A model generated the notes under the pieces. That model had not been told where the DNA came from. It did not search any database and worked only from the letters and a program-made list of their open reading frames with translations. Positions 58,516-64,000 of a stretch of 64,000 nt of DNA are shown in pieces. This stretch comes from Fibrobacterales bacterium (lineage in GTDB: Bacteria > Fibrobacterota > Fibrobacteria > Fibrobacterales > JAOPTW01). The position numbers were made by a program, and so were the translations under genes. The first letter of the stretch is position 1, and each line of letters starts with the position of its first letter. The DNA lies in assembly GCA_051532035.1 (NCBI GenBank), contig JAOPTW010000045.1, positions 15,813-79,812 of the forward strand, read 5' to 3'.

Positions 58516-58707
58516 CTAATAGTCGTCTTCATCGAAGTGTTCAAACATATCATCAGCAAATGGTTTACGAGACTCGAGATCTATTTCTTCGTCCTCGTCA
58601 TCGAGCGCATTTGATAATGTGCCGTCTTCACCATCTTCATCAACGTTGATTTTGAAATCTTCAAAATCATCATCTAATCCTTTAGGCCTTCTACCTCTAC
58701 GTGCCAT
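58516..58707 (-). CDS. Small protein with basic N-terminus and acidic body
   Basis: MARRGRRPKG then D/E-rich; GGTGGA RBS; own terminator. Confidence 0.7.
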   Translation of the reverse strand: MARRGRRPKGLDDDFEDFKINVDEDGEDGTLSNALDDEDEEIDLESRKPFADDMFEHFDEDDY

Positions 58708-58945
58708 TTTTTATCCACCAGTTGTTTTTGTTTCTATGTTAAAACTATTGTTGTTCTTAGAACATATATTCATTTTAACGTAAAGAAAATAAAAAAAATA
58801 ATATTTTCAATAAATTTTATTCATATGATCGCACATAGTATAAAAATTACCCAAATTTACAATGGTCAGATGTGATTTAGGTAAAAATTAAGGAGGAAAT
58901 TACCCAATTGTAGCCATTGTAAAATGAGCATACTATATTTGTCAG

Positions 58946-60028
58946 ATGACCTATCTCGCGCAGTACCTCAAAACACACTCTATAGACCGAAATAAGCACT
59001 TTCAAAGGGTATCAAACTCCTGGAGTGCTGCAGATGAGTATGGTGTTGAGTTCGTATCCCCCTTACTTACAGAATCCTCGTCTTCTATTCTAATACTCAA
59101 CGATGAAAGCGCCCTCATTACTCGCGCTTTATCTGCTAAAAAGAGTGTTACCGTTGTTGATACGTCTGATTCATTTAAAGAATTAGAGAGGGAAGGCCTG
59201 TCGGTACAAACAATTCCTCAGTTTTATGAGATGGATGGGAGTTTTGATTGTGCTCTTATTCGGATACCCAAGTCACTTGAGCTTTTTAAGGCTGAGCTGT
59301 TAAAGTGTAAAAGTCTTTTAAAACCCGGATCAAAGCTCTACGCTGTTGGGATGGTAAAGCATATTTCAGATGGGTGTAAAGAGTTGTTAGAAAAAAGTAT
59401 CGGCCCAACCCATGCCCATAAGGTATTCAAAAAGTCAATTCTTTTTGAAGTAACAGTAGCAAAAATTGATGGAACTCATTTACCAGACAGTACTCACTTT
59501 TATAACGAGTACCAACACTCAACATTGGGTACGTGGTGCTCTCTCCCTGGGGTATTTGCCTCTAAAAGGGTTGATGCAGGGACCGCTCTTCTATTGGAAT
59601 CCATTGAGGGTTTAGATAAAGGAACTGTATTAGATTACGGGTGTGGTGATGGTGTTATCGCAGGGTCAGTGCTTGCCTCTTCGCCTAATGTCGAAGTACA
59701 TGGGATAGATATTTCTTATTCAGCCCTTTCTACAACAGCCAAAAACATCCCCTCAATTACGATTCATGAGGTAGGTGGTGATTCCCTACAATCGGGCTAT
59801 TTTGATCATATCTATAGTAATCCACCATTTCACACAGGGACAACCTTTGATATATCACTCGCATTAGGGATAATTAAAGATGCACAGCGGTTACTTAAAG
59901 AAGGGGGATGTTTCACCCTTGTCTTTAATAAAGGGCTTAATTACACACCCTATTTGAAAAAACATTTTAGCACTGTTACATTGAAAACGCAGAATAAGCG
60001 GTATCAAGTATTTGAGTGCCAAAAATAA
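58946..60028 (+). CDS. RsmC/RlmG-like SAM-dependent methyltransferase
   Basis: WSAADEY, IPKSL, PGVF...VDAGT, DYGCGDG, SNPPFH. Confidence 0.88.
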   Translation: MTYLAQYLKTHSIDRNKHFQRVSNSWSAADEYGVEFVSPLLTESSSSILILNDESALITRALSAKKSVTVVDTSDSFKELEREGLSVQTIPQFYEMDGSFDCALIRIPKSLELFKAELLKCKSLLKPGSKLYAVGMVKHISDGCKELLEKSIGPTHAHKVFKKSILFEVTVAKIDGTHLPDSTHFYNEYQHSTLGTWCSLPGVFASKRVDAGTALLLESIEGLDKGTVLDYGCGDGVIAGSVLASSPNVEVHGIDISYSALSTTAKNIPSITIHEVGGDSLQSGYFDHIYSNPPFHTGTTFDISLALGIIKDAQRLLKEGGCFTLVFNKGLNYTPYLKKHFSTVTLKTQNKRYQVFECQK

Positions 60029-60037
60029 CAATGGGTA

Positions 60038-60133
60038 TTAGGCTTTAAAGCCTTTTTGATTTGCAATTTTACTACTTACCATGCGAATAACAAAAGCTGA
60101 TGCAAGAAGAATGATTGTGATAGAAATATTCAT
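60038..60133 (-). CDS. Putative 31-aa membrane peptide
   Basis: GGAG RBS 7 nt upstream; MNISITIILLASAFVIRMVSSKIANQKGFKA. Confidence 0.5.
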   Translation of the reverse strand: MNISITIILLASAFVIRMVSSKIANQKGFKA

Positions 60134-60249
60134 TGTGATACTCCGTTCTAAGTGATCCATATTTGAAATTTGCACTATTTGTTAGCTACTGTAAATAAGT
60201 TTTTACACAATTGGTAAATAAACGTAAAAAAATAGTTACACTTGTTTAG

Positions 60250-61029
60250 TTACTTGAGGGAGCTAAGGAGTTCTGGGCCCTGTCTCATGAGTGACTCACC
60301 AATCAATACCGCTGATGTTTTATGCTCTAAAAGCAGGGAAATGTCCTCTTTTGAGCTAATTCCGCTTTCCGAAATAAAGGGAATATTTTCAGGAACCATG
60401 GGTCTTAAGTCAAGCGATACCTGAAGGTCGGTTTCAAAGGTACGAAGATTTCGATTATTGACGCCAATAATCTCAGCACCAGAATCAAGAGCTATGGTAA
60501 CTTCATCAGCTCTATGGGTTTCAACAAGTGCGTCAAGTCCTAAATTTTTACCAAATTTGATGAGTTCAGTGAGCTCTTTAGGGCTTAAACAATCCACAAT
60601 AAGAAGGTACGCTGCTGCGCCGAGTTCTTTTGCTTGTAAAATTTGGTAGGGATCTACGATGAAATCTTTTCGAATGCAGGGGAGGGCAATGGTATCGGTG
60701 ATCTCTTTAAGGTACCGATTGGCTCCCATAAAATATTTTTCATCAGTGAGTACTGATACTGCATCTGCACCAAACTGCTCATAATTTGTTGCGGTCTTTA
60801 GATGATCAAAATCCGGGGAAATGATCCCTTTTGAAGGAGATGCTTTTTTAACCTCGGCAATAACTTTTATAGAGGTGTAATCTTGGTTGGTTATAGCTTG
60901 TTTAAATGAGGCTTTTGGCTTTGGAAGATTTGCAACATATGAATAGAGCGAGTCATAACTCATTACTGATTTGTCTTGGGCTATGACGCCACGTTTATAT
61001 GCTACAATCTCTTCGAGTATATTTGCCAT
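60250..61029 (-). CDS. trpC: Indole-3-glycerol phosphate synthase
   Basis: IAEVKKASPSKG, SVLTD, RKDFI, GVNNRNL, SESGI, LIGESLM. Confidence 0.97.
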   Translation of the reverse strand: MANILEEIVAYKRGVIAQDKSVMSYDSLYSYVANLPKPKASFKQAITNQDYTSIKVIAEVKKASPSKGIISPDFDHLKTATNYEQFGADAVSVLTDEKYFMGANRYLKEITDTIALPCIRKDFIVDPYQILQAKELGAAAYLLIVDCLSPKELTELIKFGKNLGLDALVETHRADEVTIALDSGAEIIGVNNRNLRTFETDLQVSLDLRPMVPENIPFISESGISSKEDISLLLEHKTSAVLIGESLMRQGPELLSSLK

Positions 61030-61160
61030 CGTATCAATTCCTTTAAGTGCCTCACATATATAAATATTTTTAATCTAAAATTTGTGATAAACCCTGTATA
61101 AATGGTACAGTATAGCGTTAAAATTGATATTTTTGACATGAACAATAAAAGAGATATACT

Positions 61161-62018
61161 ATGAGTAGTACTGCAATTCTATTAATACATTGTAAAGACC
61201 AGCGGGGATTAGTCTATTCAGTCACCGAATTTGTGGCTAAGAACAATGGAAATATCATTGATCTTGAGGAGCATGTAGACCCTATTGAAAATGTCTTTTT
61301 TATGCGTATTGAGTGGGACCTTAAAGACTTTTCAATTCCTAAAGACAAAATAGGGGAGTTTTTCAAAACTCTTACTGCAGATAAGTTTGATATCACTTTT
61401 AAGCTCTATTTTAGTGACCAAAAACCACGCATGGCCCTGTTTGTCTCTAAATATTCTCACTGCTTTTACGACCTTCTTTCAAAGGTTCAGTCGGGTGACT
61501 TAGCTGTAGATGTTCCGGTTATTATCAGTAACCATGATGACCTGCGTGAAGCAACTGAAGGTTTTGGCATTGAATATCGATATGTCCCTATAACCAAAGA
61601 CACGAAGGCTGTACAAGAGGCAGAGGAACTTCGTATCTTAGAAGAATTCGATATCGATTTTGTTGTTCTTGCCCGCTATATGCAAGTACTCAGTGACGAT
61701 TTTATTACGCACTTCAAGAATGATGTTATTAATATTCACCACTCCTTTTTACCGGCCTTTGTTGGTGCAAAACCCTATCATCAGGCTTATAAACGTGGTG
61801 TTAAGATCATTGGTGCCACCAGTCACTATGTGACGGCTGAGCTTGATGCTGGGCCTATTATTGAGCAAGATGTTGCCCATGTTTCACATCAGGATAGTAT
61901 TGAGGATATGGTTCGTAAGGGACGAGATGTTGAGAAAAATGTGCTTGGTCGGGCCGTTTGGAATCATGCCAACCGCAAGGTACTCTCCTACAAAAACAAA
62001 ACAGTCGTTTTTCGTTGA
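61161..62018 (+). CDS. purU: Formyltetrahydrofolate deformylase
   Basis: ACT domain; VLARYMQ, INIHHSFLPAF, GVKIIGATSHYV, GPIIEQ. Confidence 0.97.
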   Translation: MSSTAILLIHCKDQRGLVYSVTEFVAKNNGNIIDLEEHVDPIENVFFMRIEWDLKDFSIPKDKIGEFFKTLTADKFDITFKLYFSDQKPRMALFVSKYSHCFYDLLSKVQSGDLAVDVPVIISNHDDLREATEGFGIEYRYVPITKDTKAVQEAEELRILEEFDIDFVVLARYMQVLSDDFITHFKNDVINIHHSFLPAFVGAKPYHQAYKRGVKIIGATSHYVTAELDAGPIIEQDVAHVSHQDSIEDMVRKGRDVEKNVLGRAVWNHANRKVLSYKNKTVVFR

Positions 62019-62116
62019 TTTTAAGCATTCATCTACGGCGTTATTTTCAGTTCGACGTACTGTTAGTACGCCTTTACTGAAAATGCCTTGTATTTGAATA
62101 CTTAAAATCAACGAAA
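62010..62116. repeat. 107-nt long imperfect hairpin element, copy B
   Basis: Terminal IR TTTCGTTGATTTTAAG(C)ATTCA / TGAAT(A)CTTAAAATCAACGAAA; same core as 42253-42360. Confidence 0.85.
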
Positions 62117-62123
62117 TAGGGGG

Positions 62124-62297
62124 CGCTTGACACGCCGTAGGTGTGTCGTTGCTTTCTTGCAATCAATGAAATTGTATCGTTCGGCACACCGGAGGTGCGC
62201 CATTACTATTTAGAAATTATTATTGCTTGGAAGGCCGGTGGCTTTCCTTTGCTTTTTGAGGTCGAATGCTTGACGCACATTGTACGTCATTGCATTC
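62124..62297. repeat. Array of four short triloop hairpins, same family as 42365-42572
   Basis: Stems at 62129, 62183, 62229 and 62272, mostly with GCTT...NTTGC flanks. Confidence 0.8.
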
Positions 62298-62316
62298 GTT
62301 TGTTTTTATTTTTTGA

Positions 62317-63333
62317 TTATTTGAAGCTGTTGGTTTTTTCTATGAGGGCTTCTAGGGTTTTGAGGGCGGCGCCTGAGTCAATTGATTCTTTGGCTTTTTC
62401 GATGCCTTCTTTGAATGATTCGGTTTTACCACCAACATAGATGGCTGCGCCGGCGTTAAGGACTACGATATCCCTACAAGGGCCGAGCTTGCCTGAGAGG
62501 ACTTCTTTGAGGATTCGGGCATTGTCATCAGGGCCTTCTCCTAATAGAGTGTCTGGGGTGCTTATAGCGAAACCATAATCAGTGGGGTTGATTTTGAAGG
62601 TTGAGAGTTGTCCGTCTTTGTATTCGCTCACTTGAGTTGCGTCGCAAATTGAGATTTCATCAATGCCATCATCACCAGCAACGACCCATACATGCTCTGA
62701 ATCTAAGTCACCAAGAACTGCCGCAAGGGTAGGGGTGAGGCTCTGGTCGAATACACCCATTACTTGGCGTTTTGCGCCAGCTGGATTCGTGAGGGGGCCT
62801 AGTACATTGAATATACTCCGTTGGGCGATCTCTCTGCGAGGGCCCACAACATTTTTCATTGCTGGATGGAGTAAGGGAGCATAAAGAAATGATATACCTA
62901 TGCTGTCTATGCATTCTCCAGCTTGGCTAGGAGTTATATCTAAATTGAGGCCTAGTGAGGCGAGTACGTCAGAACTCCCACTCTTTGATGAAATACTACG
63001 ATTTCCATGTTTTGCAACAGGTACACCAGCACCGGCAACAACAAATGCGGCAGTGGTAGAAATATTAAAACTGCCACTGGCATCACCACCGGTTCCACAG
63101 GTATCAACACATCCTGTGGTTTTCATGGGGATAGGGGTAACCTTTTCTCGCATTACATGGGCAGCGCCTGCAATTTCATCTTTGCTTTCGCCAGTCATTC
63201 TTTGGGCAATAAGATAGGCGCCAATCTGAGCATCCGTAGCCTCCCCCGACATTATCTGGTTAAAAACAGCGATAGTTGTTTCTTTAGAAAGGTTTGTGCC
63301 TTGAATTAACAATTTAATTGCTTCTTTGATCAT
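62317..63333 (-). CDS. trpD: Anthranilate phosphoribosyltransferase
   Basis: DTCGTGGD, FNISTT, KHGNRS.SSKSGS, FNVLGPLTNPA, DGIDE. Confidence 0.97.
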   Translation of the reverse strand: MIKEAIKLLIQGTNLSKETTIAVFNQIMSGEATDAQIGAYLIAQRMTGESKDEIAGAAHVMREKVTPIPMKTTGCVDTCGTGGDASGSFNISTTAAFVVAGAGVPVAKHGNRSISSKSGSSDVLASLGLNLDITPSQAGECIDSIGISFLYAPLLHPAMKNVVGPRREIAQRSIFNVLGPLTNPAGAKRQVMGVFDQSLTPTLAAVLGDLDSEHVWVVAGDDGIDEISICDATQVSEYKDGQLSTFKINPTDYGFAISTPDTLLGEGPDDNARILKEVLSGKLGPCRDIVVLNAGAAIYVGGKTESFKEGIEKAKESIDSGAALKTLEALIEKTNSFK

Positions 63334-63456
63334 GGGTAACCAGCAGTGATTTTTTGTTAAAAATATGAATTCATATAGAATTTTGAGAACAATTTATTGG
63401 TTTTTCAAATATTATATGGTAGAATCAGTCCAATAACCGAACTATAGGAGTAATAT

Positions 63457-63948
63457 ATGAAGTTTATTAAAAAAATTGCATTATTGGCATTGGTATCTGT
63501 CAGTATGCTGAGTGCTGGAGACAAAGAAGATCTCCAACTAATTATGAAGAAGGTAGATCAGGCTGTGGCCCTTGTCGAGAAAAAAGGGACTGCTGCCTTC
63601 AAAGAATTTAAAAAAGAGAAAGGCGAGTTCCGTTTTATCGGTACTTATATCTGGATTCATGATTTAAGTGGGATAATGCTTATGCATCCCATTAAAACAA
63701 AGCTCGAAGGTAAAAACATAATTGGTTTAAAAGATGGAAATGGAAAACGATTTTTTGTTGAAATGAACAGTAAAATAAAAGCTAACGGAGAGGGTTGGGT
63801 TCACTATACATGGCCAAAACCAGGTGAGAAAAAACGTTCCGATAAAGTCTCTTATGTTAAAAAGGCAATGTTAAAGGGAAAGGTGGTTGTCATTGGGAGT
63901 GGAATATACGACCATACCTTAGAATCGGTTACTAAACTTTTAAAGTAA
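63457..63948 (+). CDS. Stand-alone exported single Cache domain protein
   Basis: Signal peptide; YIWI, MLMHP, D.NGK.F, GWV.Y.WPKPG, KVSYV, GSGIY; AGGAG RBS. Confidence 0.9.
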   Translation: MKFIKKIALLALVSVSMLSAGDKEDLQLIMKKVDQAVALVEKKGTAAFKEFKKEKGEFRFIGTYIWIHDLSGIMLMHPIKTKLEGKNIIGLKDGNGKRFFVEMNSKIKANGEGWVHYTWPKPGEKKRSDKVSYVKKAMLKGKVVVIGSGIYDHTLESVTKLLK

Positions 63949-64000
63949 ATTGAAGTAACAATTATAATAGGGCGTTCTAAGGGGCGTCTTATTTGATGAT

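Noticed and set aside
58844..58923. AAATTACCCAA direct repeat and TTTACAATGG/CCATTGTAAA inverted repeat
   Set aside because: Short, in AT-rich DNA, with no second locus to support an operator

Overview
Chromosomal, mostly housekeeping window from an AT-rich bacterium, most likely Fibrobacterota (FISUMP/Fib_succ_major and TIGR02147 family proteins, Ser-rich lipoproteins, GH5 cellulase). It carries about 55 CDSs (trpB/trpA, trpC, trpD, pyrE, pyrD, dcd, dnaG, gdhA, queC, hisC, hisN-like, comEC, fbaA, uppP, hemW, purU, transporters, signalling proteins) and the SRP RNA. I saw no tRNA, rRNA, CRISPR, prophage or transposase. The most interesting signals are: (1) a composite non-coding element present twice, after gdhA and after purU, made of a ~107-nt long hairpin that includes the upstream gene's stop codon plus an array of 4-6 short, mostly triloop hairpins with variable, covarying stems and conserved GCT(T)...NTTGC flanks; (2) a three-hairpin sRNA candidate with its own promoter and terminator; (3) a GH5 / TIGR02147 / CBM11-like lipoprotein module that may sense polysaccharide; (4) CheX-GGDEF and STAS-DUF2225 fusions; (5) a recurring Bacteroidetes-like TAnnTTTG promoter with apparently leaderless genes; (6) several unannotated small proteins. 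All family calls come from motif recognition by eye; no database searches were run.
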